Source: Okamejei kenojei
Lineage: Eukaryota
NCBI GenBank assembly: GCA_035221665.1
Contig: CM069147.1
Span: 25,358,001-25,422,000, forward strand
Length of the DNA: 64,000 bases
Reading direction: 5' to 3'
Below, one piece after another: positions 12,689 through 25,983 of the stretch. Under the pieces are notes generated by a model. It did not search any database. It worked only from the letters and a program-made list of their open reading frames with translations, and had not been told where the DNA came from. Both the position numbers and the translations under genes were made by a program. How positions within the stretch are numbered: position 1 is the stretch's first letter; each line of letters starts with the position of its first letter.

Positions 12689-13910
12689 TGAGCTCTGAAC
12701 CAGTCACAATAGTGACTCAGGTTCCAAAGCATAGGTAAACTCCCCTGCTATCGTATCTGCCTCTACCACCTCACTCAGCGCATTCCAGGCATACACAACA
12801 TCTCTGTAAACAATTTGCCCCGCACATCTTTAAACTTTGTCCGCTCACTTTAAAGCTTAGAACCCCTTAGAATGGCTGTCCCATTCTGGTAAAAAGGCAC
12901 TGATTGACTATCCTATCTAGATCGCTCATAGCTTTGTATACTTCTGTCAGGACTCCACTTAATTTCTGACGTTCTAGAGAAAACAATCCAAGTTTGTCCT
13001 ATGTGGCCTTCCAGCTGATGGCCTCAACTCCTGGCGGTATTCGGGTAAACCTCTTCTGCACCGTCTCCAAAACATCCACATATTTCAACAACCGGAACAT
13101 TCGGCATTCAATATTCGCAGCGTCAGTGGAGAGACAATTAAAAAAAAAGCTTTCGGTCTAATTCTCAATGGCAAAATGACAAAGAGGGACTGGTATTTAG
13201 TTTCCAGTTGCAGAAAATTTAGGACGTCCAGAAAGGCAAAGGGGACATTTCGAATAGGGCTGGAACGTATAAATGCTGGAAAACGTGCGACAGAAATGTA
13301 GGGAATATTCAGTAAATTTGACAGTGTGATTTGAGAATTAACATTACAGAGCTGACCTGTTCTGCTTGGGCAAGGAAGGGGAAGATTAGTGTAGTCTTGG
13401 AAGATAGAAGAAGACGTATTATTTCAAATCTCAGTAGAGTCGGAAGTCGCCGCAGAATGACAGGCTCGGTCGGATGTCATTGGACAAGAAAGAAGTCTAA
13501 ACTAAACTTGAACTGTTCTGCTTTCTCCAGTTCTCAAATTGCAGTCCCAGTTCTGACCAAAGGCTTCGACGTGAAATATTAACATCCCACAGGTTGGATG
13601 TCTGCTCTGCTCAATCGAAGATCCTAATCTCAAGAAAAGGGGACAGCTATTTAAAATCGAGTCGCATAGGAAGTGCTTTTCATGGAAGGGGCTGAATCTC
13701 CTTTCCCCATGGAGCTATGAAGGTAGATCATTGAAAGTACTTAATGGGATGACCGATATTTGGTTTGAAATATCAGGGGATGGAAGTATATGGGGAAATG
13801 ACACAGAAGGAGAATTGGAGGCAAGGGTGGATTAAGCACTTGCTGAAAGGTGGGACATCCTTGAGTGTTCAGATGGCATATTTCCTGTTCCCAACGTTTT
13901 GATTTTGCGG

Positions 13911-14250
13911 AAGATAGACACAAAAAGCTGGAGTAAATCAGCGGGACAAGCAGCCTCTCTGGCGAGAAGGGATGGGTGACGTTTCGGGTCGAGACCCTTC
14001 TTCAGACAGTTTTATTTCTTCAAAGTAGACATACCCTGAGGCGATTTCGCAGTGGAGCGGACAAAATGTGTCAAAAAAACTGCAGATGCTGGTTTAAATC
14101 GAAGATAGACACAAAATGGTGGAGTAACTCAGCAGGCTAGGCAGCATCTCTGGAGAGAAGAAATGAGTGACGTTTCGGGTCGAGATCCTTCTTCTCCCTA
14201 GAGATACTGCCTGGCCCGCTGAGTTACTCCAGCATTTTGTATCTATCTTC
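13911..14250. repeat. Penelope-derived repeats (one half copy and one palindromic copy) with a hammerhead core
   Basis: Minus strand 13976-14005 reads CTGAAGA-AGGGTCTCGACCC-GAAAC-GTC; 14101-14250 is an imperfect palindrome. Confidence 0.7.
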
Positions 14251-15116
14251 AGGTTTATTTCTTGTTCTTTTGACTCCTGCCGTTGTTCCCGAATCGAAAG
14301 CGACATTTTTTTTTAAATTCTGTGACAACGGAGAAATAGGGATGGCGTTAAATTGGTCCCATCATCCAGGCGAATTTTGTTCGACTCCCCACTCCTGCCT
14401 CAGCTCGGATGGACGCGGACGATCGCAGAGCTGTAAATCTTGCCGATCCGAGGTCTGTTTGGGTGACAGATAAATACTCTCTTATGTACATCCTCGATTA
14501 TTTGCCAGTTTTGACCATGATGTGAGCCGCTCGCCAATCACGAATGACCCTTTCAATTCCCCAATGAACTCAGCGGTGTGACCCTCTGGCGCATTGAGCG
14601 TCATACGGCAGTAAACTGTAGCGAAGGCTGGGCATGGGGTGGAGGAGGAGGGGGCTGAATGGTATCAGGAAAGGCTCCATTTACTTGCTGATTAATTGCT
14701 TCGCATCATGGCGTGTTGAATGGAAAGTACTGGCGCAATCAAAGCAGGGCGCATCTGCGACACGTCACTGTATTTTTACATAGGTCGATCTTGGACAGTA
14801 TATTCGCGACGATCAGTACGAGCACATTGCTCAATAGATTGCATGGGGAAATGTGCAATGGCAGCAATTTCTAGCTGCATTGAATTTCTGTAGTTGTTCA
14901 GCAAATGCTTTGTGAAGTTTTCGGAAATGTGTGAGCAGCCACTAACTTGACCTTTGATCCGCGTCAATGCGCAGAGAAGCATCTCATGCATGGGATGATC
15001 ATGAGCAGACTCACTTTCCGGCACACCCACTGAACCCAAGCATACTCGCGGTGTTCCTCTCTCACTATTTATTCGACGCTTGTTTCAGTCGACTGTTCTC
15101 TGCAGTTTTGCCGTGC
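14250..15116 (+). promoter_or_regulatory. CpG-enriched region upstream of the Ig-superfamily gene (probable promoter / 5' UTR)
   Basis: Visibly CpG-rich non-repeat DNA directly 5' of the leader ATG; CCAAT near 14535; ETS-like CCGGAAAG (minus strand) near 15014-15021. TSS not determined. Confidence 0.4.
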
Positions 15117-15168
15117 ATGATGACACGTGTCTTACTGCAATTGATTGTTCTTCACGTCAGCTATGCCG
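15117..15168 (+). CDS. VJ-C1 Ig-superfamily receptor, exon 1 (signal peptide MMTRVLLQLIVLHVSYA)
   Basis: Hydrophobic leader; phase-1 donor G|gtatat; 159-bp intron to the V exon. Confidence 0.85.
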
Positions 15169-15327
15169 GTATATTTCACTCTTACTATAGACATCCGACC
15201 GAAACTTAATTATCAATTTATAAGTTTGCTGACCCTTTATTTATTTTTTCCTCGTTACGCGCAATTTTCAATTAATTTGGTCATTACCTCGGTTTAACCC
15301 TAAATTTGATTTTTCGTTTCCCGACAG

Positions 15328-15639
15328 CTGGTGCCAATGGTCCGTTGGACGTAACACAAGTTCCAGAAGCTGCTTTGATGCGGGGTGACTCGGCAGTGCT
15401 TTACTGCATTTATCCAATCTTCTCAGACAACAGGCCGTTCAAAGTGCATTGGTGGAGAGATGGGGATAATAGATTCCTGGATGAAAGTGCAGATAAAAGA
15501 ATCCAGTTTTATTTCCTGAGACGGGGAAGCGCTGTCATGCGGCTGGGGGACGTAACAGCGAAGGACGCTGGGCTCTATTTTTGTAGCTTGACACGTACCA
15601 AAGTTGTTAACGGGACTGGTACAAAGCTGGTAGTTTACG
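15328..15639 (+). CDS. Exon 2: germline-joined VJ-type Ig V domain
   Basis: Acceptor ttcccgacag; B-strand Cys (VLYC), C-strand Trp (VHWW), DAGLYFC, J-like G strand NGTGTKLVV; phase-1 donor G|gtgagt. Confidence 0.95.
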
Positions 15640-16650
15640 GTGAGTTTCGGGGAGAGGGGAAGGCCAGATCGGTTAACTTCACCAACTCAAAGCGATAAGC
15701 TCAATCACGTTGAAGAAAGTGCGCGTTGTTCATCATCTGTGTCCTTTGAAATAATATGATCTGTGTGATGGGTTAGATAGTGTTTTTGATGCAATTACCA
15801 AATAATCCCAATAGACTGATTGAGAGAGTAAATGACGCTTTCCACATCTTCTGCTTGACAGAATTATAAAACCTTTCGCGTATATTTTACAATTGCTTCA
15901 ACGCAGAGGGAATGGTGTTACTGAAACCGACGATACACGGTACAGGTAGTTGAGATTGAAAATATGTAGGGTTCCGAATGTGGTACTGATCAAGGAGATT
16001 ATTTAATTGATTTCTTTGGACCTGTCATCTTTTTTTTAATCGAAATTGTAAGGAATTACAGAATCATAGAATCATACAACTCGCCCGTTCTACCCACGTC
16101 GCCTCTGCCGACCGTGCTACTTGTGTATGTTGATGCTGTTTGCCTGTATTAGGCCCATATCCTTCTATAACTCTTCTGCGTAATTACCGGTCTAACGCAA
16201 TTTAAATGTTATTATTGTACTGCACCCTCTCCGGTGGCAGATGTTCCAGGTGTGCAAACCTTCCTCTTTTACATTTTCCACTTTTACTTAAACACCGTGC
16301 CTCATAGTGCGTGTTTCTATTATTCTGGGAAAGAAAACTCCGCCCGTGTGGCCCCGATATTTAAAAAATAACATTTTACAAGGTTACCCCTATGTCTCCT
16401 ATATTCTATGGAGAATAAACCATGCATTAGTCTCGTTTTTTATTCATCATCTGTGTCTCGTTATAACCAGGCCCCTCTATTTCAGTCAACATTCTGGTGA
16501 ACTTCATGTGCACTTGCTCAATTGGTACCATGTTAATCCGTAGTATAAATGTGGTCACATTTCTGATTGTCCCGGATGCTACTTGAAATTATACAGGAGC
16601 CGTGAAACGAGTCAATCATTGAGGGATAAAGATCTGTATTGTTACATTTA

Positions 16651-16783
16651 GTCTGAAGAAGGTTCTCGATCCGAAACGTCAACTAATCATTTTATCCAGA
16701 GCTGCTGTCTGACTCGCTAATTACTACAGCTTTTTATGTCTCCCTTCGGCTTAAACCAGCATCTCTAGTTCCTTCCTACACAT
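16651..16783 (+). repeat. Penelope-derived half repeat with a hammerhead-like core
   Basis: CTGAAGA-AGGTTCTCGATCC-GAAAC-GTC at 16653-16680. Confidence 0.65.
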
Positions 16784-17739
16784 TGTCACATTAACATATA
16801 TTTTCCATTAACTTTCCACTTATGGTAGTAGCGATAGCAGCAATGGAAATAGAATTAAGATCATATAGATATTGAAACCGGTTTGTTTTTAAATGGTGCA
16901 AATGTACTTGTAGTTTGAATCTCAAGCCTATATTTTGGGCGGCTTACGCAGACGCTGATCACTGTTTGAGCGATTGGAAATGGAACGGGGTAGTGACATT
17001 TTCATGTATGAATGTCATTGATATCGTCTCAGAGGCCTTTGCATACCATCCAAAATTCTTAAGGCAATGTGATGGTGCTGTGATAATTGTTCTCGAAGTA
17101 ATGCAATAATTTTGTGCTTAATGGAACTAGCGAACTGTTCCCCTCTGGTCCAGATGTACAATATGTTTTCACACAAGAACACACATTCTTCTGACCTTGT
17201 AAATTAAAGCTTTTTTTTTAAACCTCAAGTTACTTCTGAATAAATCTTCTGCCCGAGTTAGTTATTTCAACAACGAGAAATAATATATTTGTAAAATTTT
17301 GATAGTAGAGATGTCATTATGGATTACATTTTGTACAATAAATCACCAAATTATAATTAAAATCGCGAAGACGATTAAAAAAAAATCAAGTTAATGTTTT
17401 GGCTCCTAATGTCTCTGCACAGAGGGAACGCATCATTTACGTGTGCTGCGAGTAGAAACGGAAACGATATATTTATGAAGTAAGGTAACTGTTGTACAAT
17501 AGACCGCAATTGTAAAATCAAGGCATACGACGATGAGGTTTAAAAGGAAGGAAATTAGTCGTTAGATTATACCATAACAAGGAAAATACTTAACAGTTTG
17601 AAATCACTGTAAGCGCATTGGTTATAAAACTAGGCTGAAAACAAATATGGTTCAATTAAGTTTTTTTAGAGGTTGCAATGAACTTTGATTCGTCACGAAA
17701 ATACGGGACTGGTGAAAAAAAAATCGTTTTATTTTCCAG

Positions 17740-18042
17740 ACCCCCCAACTCCTCTGAGTTTGACCACCATGCTGCCGGAGAACACATCGGTTACTCTGAT
17801 TCTCGTTTGTAAAACAGCAACGTTCTTTCCTCTTGATCTGAATATTACTTGGTACAAAAATGGGTCAGATATTATACAGAACATTGAGCCGAACAAAACG
17901 CAGACAACAGCAGGACTGTACGAAGCTTGGAGCTGCCTGACCGAAACAGACCATGTGGAGAGCGGGACCGTTTATACCTGCCAGGTGTCTCATATTTCTC
18001 TTCCGAATCCAACCAATATCAGTTATACATTCTACAGTCGAG
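17740..18042 (+). CDS. Exon 3: C1-set Ig domain
   Basis: Acceptor attttccag; LVC, FFPLDLNITW and YTCQVSH C1 motifs; five N-x-S/T sequons; phase-1 donor G|gtaaga. Confidence 0.95.
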
Positions 18043-18451
18043 GTAAGAATAACGATACATTTTCGATGCATTTTGGCCACATACCCATGATTATCTCAGG
18101 AAAGGTGTGGTTAATAAACTATATTGTCCGTTTAGCACATGTATAACCGTTGACATGTAGTGTACCACAACAATGGGCGATGTTGGGACAAACGTCCATA
18201 CTTGTATGTGTCTCATGAACGTTATTACAACCTGTTCCATCATGCATTATGGTCCGGGTCAAACCATAAATGAAGCATCAGATCATCACAAACGAAACAA
18301 ACTAATGCCTAAAATATACTGCGAAGATTTTCGCTGGCAATCGATTGATTATGAAAGTATATTTTGGTGCCAAAAGTCCACGCTATGGTAAGATCTGGAG
18401 TAATTGGACTTACATTTTCTGAGAGACGGGGCCTACATGCATTTGGGGAGG

Positions 18452-18676
18452 TGTGTAGAAAGGAACTGCAGATGTTGGTTTACACCGAAGAGAGACACAA
18501 AATGCTGGAGTAACTCAGCTGGACAGACAGCATCTTGGATAGAAGGAATGCGTGACGTTTCGGGTCTGGACCATTCCTCAGTCCGGAAAAGGATCTCGAC
18601 CCGAAGTGTCACACATTCCTTCTATCCAGAGATACTGCCTATCCCGCTGAGTTGCTCCAGCATTGTGTATCTATCT
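18452..18676. repeat. Palindromic Penelope-derived repeat (degenerate hammerhead cores)
   Basis: Inverted arms (GACACAAAATGCTGGAGTAACTCAGC... / ...GCTGAGTTGCTCCAGCATTGTGTATC) centred near 18580. Confidence 0.7.
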
Positions 18677-20715
18677 ATGCATTTGGAGAGGCGTGGACTG
18701 ATCGGGGATAGTCAGATTTTCTTCGTGCGTGGGAATTCGCGTCTTACGAATTTGAATACGGGGTTTGAAGCGGTGACCATGAACATTGACGAGGACAGTG
18801 CGGTGTAATGCCTACTTAGACTTTAGCATGGCATTTGATAAGGTTCTGGTTGACTAGTCTGAAGGGTTAGTTCGTATTGGATCCAGGGCGAGCTTGTCAA
18901 CTGGATACGGAATTCCCTTGAAAATGGGAAATATAAATATAGTGATGGTAGAGGATTGATTTTATGACTAAATGTCTCTGACGAGTGCTATGCCCGAGGG
19001 ATCGGTGGTGGGTCCACTGTCTGTTTTCTTTCATATTAACGATTTGGATGTGAGTGCAAGGTTAGTTTGTGGATAGCACAAACAATTGTGGTTTAGTGGA
19101 CTGTGAAGAGTTTTATCAAAAATTATAACGGGATCTTAGTCAAGCGGGCGAATGGGCTGAGGAATGATAAATGCCGTTTAATACAGTGTCGATTTTTTTG
19201 TAAGACAAAATAGGACAGACATGCAGGTAGACTGGGAAAATCAGGTTGGTACTGGACCCCAAGAAAGGGACTTTGTCGAGTATTATTTGACAAGCTTGTA
19301 TTGGAGCCTACCAGGGAGAAGGCAATTCTGGATTTAGTGTCATGTAATGAACCGGATTTGATAAAGGACCTCGAGGTTAATGGGCCATTAGGAGAGAGTG
19401 ATCATAACATGGTTAGGTTTAATCTACAATTGGAGAGGGAGAAGAGTAGATCGGAGGTGTCAGTGTTGCAGTTGAATAAAGGGGACTATGGGCCCATGAG
19501 GGAGGAGCTGGCCAAAGGTGATTGGAAAGATACACTAGCGTGGATGACAGTGGAAAAAAAATGGCAGGTGTTTCTAGGAATATTACAGAAGGTGCAGGAT
19601 CAGTTCATTCCTAGGAGGAAGAAAGATTCCAAGGGGAGAAACGGACGACCATGGCTGACAAGGGACGTCAGGAACAGCATAAAAATTAAAGTGAAGAAGT
19701 ACAACGTAGCAAAGATGAGCGGGAAACAAGAGGATTGGGTAATATTTAAAGAGCAACAGAAGATAACCAAATAGACAATACGGGGAGAAAAGATGAGGTA
19801 CCAAGGTAAGCTAGCCAAGAATATAATGCAGGAAAGTAAAAGCTTCTTTAAGTATGTGAAGAGGAAAAAATTAGTTAAGACCAAAGTTGGACCCTTGAAG
19901 ACCGGAAGAGGTGAATTTATTATGGGGAATAAGAAAATGGCAGATGAGTTAAACTGGAACTTTGGATCTGTCTTCACTAAGGAGGCCGTGTTGGCATGTT
20001 GGCCTTTATAACAAGATGAATCGAATATAGGAGCAAAGAGGTCCTTCTGCAGTTGTACATAACCCTACTGAGACCACACTGGAGTATTGTGTGCACTTTT
20101 GGTCCCCTAATTTGAGAAAGGACATTCTTGCTATTGAGGGAGTGCAGCGTAGGTTTACTAGGTTAATTCCCGGGATGGCGGGACTGTCATATGCTGGGAG
20201 GATGGAGCAACTGGGCTTGTACACTCTGGAGTTTAGAAGGATGAGAGGATATCTCACTGAAACTTATAAGATTGTTAAGGGCTTGGATCGAGGATGTAAC
20301 TAGTAGAGTGGATAAGGGAGAACCTGTGGATGTGTTATATCTGGACTTTCAGAAGGCTTTCGACAAGGTCCCACATAAGAGGTTAGCACTCAAACTTAAA
20401 GCACACAATATTGGGGGTTCAGTGTTGATGTGTATAGAGAACTGGCTGGCAGACAGGAAGCAGAGAGTAGGAGTAAACGGGTCATTTTCAGAATGGAAGG
20501 CAGTGACTAGTGGGGTACTGCAAGGCTCAGTGCTGGGATCCCAGCTATTTACAATATATATTAATGATCTGGATGAGGGAATTGAATGCAACATCTCCAA
20601 GTTTGTGGATGACACGAAGCTGGGGGGCAGTGTTAGCTGTAAGGAGGATGCAAGGAGGCTGTAAGGTGACTTGGATAGGTTGGGTGAGTGGGCAAATGCA
20701 TGGCAAATGCAGTAT
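18677..20715 (+). mobile_element. Mosaic of CR1 ORF2 fragments; the last piece continues at 25984
   Basis: ORFs 19301-19774, 19793-20011, 20091-20303 and 20272-20664 have CR1 EN/RT motifs in non-collinear order. Confidence 0.88.
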
Positions 20716-23700
20716 AATAGTAAGATTAAACGAGAACTTACCAGTTCGAAGTTTGATCGTTATTTTATGAGGAGTAACGATGAGGGATTACGTGAAGAAG
20801 CCCCGCCTGGCGCTAGAAAGGCATACTTCAAAGCAACGGCATGCAAAACACAGAACACAATAGCCGGAGTAAGATAGTAAGGCTCATCATAGATTTAGAA
20901 CTACCAGATGATCATTTATTTTATGAGGGTGGGGAGTGGAGGGCATGTAATCCCTCATCGTTACTCCTCATAAAATAACGATCAAACTTCGAACTGGTAA
21001 GTTCTTGTTTAATCTTACTATTTTACTTCGGAGTCACGTGAGTGACTACGTGAAGATTTTGAAGCTTCTGTGTTTTCCATGTCGTAGAATTCTTCCATAC
21101 GACAGTCCGGCTAGGTCAACACATACATGAGTAAAAACCTTTTACCAGACCAGTTTTAGTTCTTTCCATAAATCTTTTAATGATAAACGAACATATATTA
21201 ACCCCCTTTTTACATCTGGGGAAACCATTACAAAGTGATAAAAGATATAAATGATAACATAATCGATAATATCAATCGATAGTGAAACAAAGCAGGTGAT
21301 TATAGTGAACCCAACACCGCGTGTCCAAAGCCTGTCATTGTGTGAACAGGTTTATTGTAGAACTTTGAAAAAGTTGCTTCTTTACACCACCCTGTGGTTT
21401 CTAAAATGTGTTCGAGTGGTACGTCCTGTAACTTCGCCGTGGACGTAGCTGCTGCCCTGGCGGAGTGAGATTTGAACACATCAGTGTCTACTCCTGCTAA
21501 AAGTAACACCTGTTTTAACCACCTTGAAATTGTTTGCACTGAAGCTTTTGTGTGTGGTTTCTTATGCGTAATCATTAATGTTTTTTCATCACCTTGAAGA
21601 TTTTTAGTAACTTTTATATATTGATTCAAATGTTTAACTACACACAACGTTGGATCAATAGGGTAAGCTTGAAACATTACCTTTGCTCCAGTTCTCCCTG
21701 GTCTGCTTTGTTTGATCAGATCGTAAACATAAAACACAATGTTATCTGCAGCCACATGCATACAGTCTAAACGTAGCATTTGTAATGTTTGCACCCTTTG
21801 AGCTGAAACCAATGCCATTAACATTACTAATTTAAATGTTAACTTTTCCAATGATAAAACTTCGATTGGAGTCCATTGCCTAAGTAAAGTAAGTACAATG
21901 CTGACATCCCAAATTTCTGTATATCTTATAACCATATAACCATATAACCATATAACAATTACAGCACGGAAACAGGCCCTCTCGGCCCTTCCAGTCCGTG
22001 CCGACCATTTGTTTTCCCCTAGTCCCATCTACCTGCACTCAGACCATACCCCTCCATTCCCTTCACGTCCATATACCTATCCACTTTACTCTTAAATGTT
22101 AAAATTGATCCTGCCTCCACCACTTCTGCTGGAAGCTCATTCCACACAGCCACCACCCTCTGAGTAAAGAAGTTCCCCCTCACGTTACCCCAAAACTTCT
22201 GTCCCTTAATTCTCATGTCATGCCCTCTTGTTTGAATCTTCCCTACCCTATCTTGGTTTGGGTGGATTTTTGTTAAAGATTCCTTTCATAAATCTGGATA
22301 TAAATGGATGTGATCCAATTGATTTCTGGTCAGAGATTTGTCCTAAATAAGATGATAAGGCACGACGTGCACTATTAATGGCACTATTACTTAAGTGCTG
22401 TTCAAAATGCAAGTCGGCAAGGAACTCCAATATGTTTGCAATGATCACAGTATGATAGGATATATTTGATTGTCTACAAAAATTTTCCCATTTTTTATAT
22501 GTGTCATATATTGTCTCTGAGTGCTATCTCGCCATGATGCACTATATAATAACCATAGTTCTATCCGACAATCCAAGCTCTTGTAGTGGTCTGGTCAAAA
22601 CCTGCAGATTAACAAATTCATATAAGCATGTAATGGATGAATTTCTTTGGTTACCGGTTTTATTAATAAATCACTGCTGCTAGGAATTGACATATATGGC
22701 TCTTTAATCATGTTTAACATCAATGGGAACCATGGTTGTGTCGGCCAATTTGGAATCACCAATAATCCTGTGGCAGAATCTTGTTCTATTTTCTTCAGAC
22801 ATTGCTGAACCAGAGCAAATGGCGGAAAAGCATAAAAGAACATATTCCCCCAATGTAGTGAAAAAGCATCTACTGCTACTGCATCTGGATCTGGTTCCCA
22901 AGACACATATTTAGGCAATTGATGATTTAATCTTGATGCAAACAGATCAATGTCTGGTAACCCATATTGAATCACAATTTTACTGAAAATTACTGGGTTC
23001 AACATCCATTCTGTGTTGTCTTTAAACATCCTTGATCTATTGTCTGCCACCACATTGTCTTTACCTGGGATATAATTTGCCGAAATCCAAATTTGGTGCT
23101 TAATACACCACTGCCATATCTGATTGACCAGACAATCACATGATACCGATCTAACTCCACCCATGTGATTAATATATGCAACAGCTGTTTTATTGTCTAA
23201 TTGTATCAGTACATGCAGATTCTTTTTTTGTAGAACAATAGGCTTTTAACCCATAAAACGCCCCCAATAATTCTAAATAGTTAATACCATATGTTTGGAG
23301 AAACATTTCCTCTTGGACAGTCCATCTGCCCCCACAGCTGGTAAATGAATCTGTCGCCCCCCCATCCGAGAGCACTAGCATCTGTTTGTAAAATTACTTC
23401 AGGCTGTTGTATCAGAATGGTTTTAGCAGCTTGTGGGACATTTTCAATCCACCATTGCAATTCCAATAAAGCTTATTTTGTTAATTGCATAGGCCTATCA
23501 AAATGGCCTGCTCTCTTTTTTAGAGCTCTTATTTTGTCCCTTTGAAGGTTTTGGTAATGTAATGGACCAAATTCTACTGCAGGAAATGCTGCTACTAATT
23601 TACCAATAACCTTTGCTACTTCCCGGATGGAGGGATAAGGTTTGTGAATGAGACCCCTACAGGTCATTAAAATATCATCAATCCTATCTGTTGGCAAAGT

Positions 23701-25983
23701 TACTAACATAGTAACTGAGTTAATCACAAACCCCAAATAGTGAATTGACTGTGCTGGCTGCAGCTGGGACTTAATTGGATGAATCAAGAAACCTAACTTC
23801 TCAAATAAAGTTTTAGTTGCTGAAACTGATTTTTCAGCTGATTCCTGATTACTATTGATGATTAAAATGTCATCCAGATAAGCCATAATGATGTGCTTTT
23901 GTGCTCTTAATTGTGCTAAAAGCTGGTTTCAACAGCTTTGTAAAGAGCCTGGGAGCTGAACTTAACCCATTTGGTAAAGCTTTGAATTGCCACAGCTGTC
24001 CCAGCCAATTAAATTTTAAATACCTTCGAAAGAACTGGTGTATCGGTACTGAATAGTACGCATCCTTTAAATCAATTGTAGCCATATAACAACCTGCTGA
24101 TATCAAATGTCTTGTAGTGTTGAATGTTTCCATCTTAAAATGTTTATACTCGACAAATGTATTATAGTTTGTAAGGTCCAGAATAATCCTGCAACCACCA
24201 TCTTTTTTACTTCTTGGAAATATATTTGACACAAACTGATGTTTATGTTCAACAGTTTTTTCAATAACACCTTTTTTAAACAATTTGTCAATTTCCACAT
24301 TAATTTCTGCCTCTTCAATTGCAGAAAACATGAAACCATAAGCAGGTTTATTTTGTACTGGAGCGTTAACACCTTCTTTAAATGTTATAGTAGCTCCTGA
24401 AACTGTTTGTAAAATAAACCGATCAGATGTGATGGCAAGCCATTCATCATAAAACATTTGTAATCTCCCTCCAACTGGAGATTTTGTCCCCAGTTTCTTT
24501 AAGAATTTGTACCTCTCCATATGAACGTGGTGGTCTCCTTCTCCCCGTATACGGGTGAACATTAGGCTGTGTCGGATGGTAATATTTTCTTATCATATTC
24601 CTGCCTCTGTTTCCAAAATCAAATCCCCTTCTTGATGAAAAATACCTTTTTTGTCCAAAAACGAAAGGTCTCATGTGGCTAATACATTTAGCCTCTTCAT
24701 CCATTTCTCTTATTTGCTCAGGCAGGTTCTCTCCAAATAGATAACCAGGAGCTTGAACACCACTTGATCGATACAGACCTGCAAACCTTGGATGACATAT
24801 GGGCCGAATCGCAATTTTCCTCATACTATTAATTTCATAGAAGGAATTGCACAATAAGCCCAAAGTATCTTTTTGGATTTTAACCATTTCCGACCCTTCC
24901 ATTTGCCTTCCAAAAGCAGTAATGGCAGCTGAAATCTGTTTGAGGATTCTTTGAAATCTTATTTCTTGTCCGCTCATGCCTGGAGTCATAGGCGTCCATA
25001 TAAACGGATTAACCGTAGGTACCTTCAATGAGTGCAATTTTCCGGTGTTTTATATAATTCTGCTGTTTCAACCATCACAGAATCTTGAAGTTGGTGAGAT
25101 ACCATATAATTAATACTGGCAGCTAGGTTTTCTTCCATAGCCTCACCACTTCCTTCAGGTATAGCAAAATCTTTTGCCATATCAGGCACATCTGGCCCCT
25201 TCTTTTTTATTCGTGGTGTGCACTCATAATCCACATCACCAGTTGCAGGGTCTGACTTTTGCAGCCCTGATACACTTGGAATTATATCCAATGAGACTTC
25301 CTCTGCCCTTAATCCTGGGTCTGGAGTTTCAAATTCCCAATTTGGCACATAGCCATATTCTGGATATTCAAACCCCTCAGGGTCATTTTGGGAAACTTCT
25401 GGGTACTGTGACCCTTGTCTCATTATATTTTGGAGTACTTTCTGCATATGTTCCATTTTAAGCCATGTAGCTTTATTATCCGGAGGACTTTCATTATCAG
25501 AGTCATTATCAGAAACCACGGGCCTCACGGATTTCTTTTTACTTTTTCTAGGAACATTTTCCTCCGTGGTTTGCTGATTCACCCGTAGTCTCACTAACGG
25601 GTGAATCAGCGGCCACCGGTATCGGAACCGGATCCGCACTAAACTCTTGTCCCAACTCTTTAGCTTCACCCCGGGACGATCTTTTTACCCGCAAAATTTT
25701 CCTTTGAGACTTCTCCATTTTTCTTTTTTATTATCTGGCTAAATCAGTATGCCAGCGTGACTCTAATTTTAAATTTTACTTTCACTTTTGCTGGTTCTAC
25801 CAGCATAACGTCTTTTTTAGAACATCCCCTCTTTTCCTTGCAGTTACCTGCGGGTCCGTTCCGGCCGCTTGTGAGGAGCTGCGCTCTGCAGCTCTTGCTT
25901 CTGCCGTCAGCGTCGACGTAATGCCGTTCTAGCGCCAGGCGGGGCTTGTTCACGTAGTCACTCACGTGACTCCGAAGTAAAAT
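20716..25983 (-). mobile_element. Near full-length DIRS1-type retrotransposon (subfamily A): gag, RT, RNase H, methyltransferase-like domain, tyrosine recombinase; disrupted
   Basis: Gag-like ORFs 25669-24447; RT 24562-23473 (DLKDAY, LPNGLSSAPR, YLDD); RH (TDAS..GWG, INYLEL); MT 23164-22595 (DLFAS, YAFPPF); YR 22448-21300 (SAQR, HSAR, FSKFY). Terminal structure: 20716-20793 pairs with 20944-21022, 21020-21054 pairs with 25949-25983, and ITR 20789-20824 pairs with about 25921-25956. Confidence 0.96.
21928..22248 (-). mobile_element. CR1 3' fragment inserted in the DIRS recombinase gene
   Basis: (ATAACCAT)n tail; 6-bp TSD TATCTT at 21922-21927 and 22249-22254; removing it restores PPKPRYTEIWDV. 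Same subfamily as 41876-42390. Confidence 0.92.

Noticed and set aside
15328-15639. Gene symbol NCR3 (NKp30), SIRPA or NCR3LG1
   Set aside because: The domain set and tail do not match any one of these exactly, and orthology cannot be shown without a phylogeny.
15328-18042. Rearranging TCR or Ig light-chain locus
   Set aside because: V and the J-like strand are in one exon. I saw no RSS at the V end, no segment arrays, and no charged TM residue.
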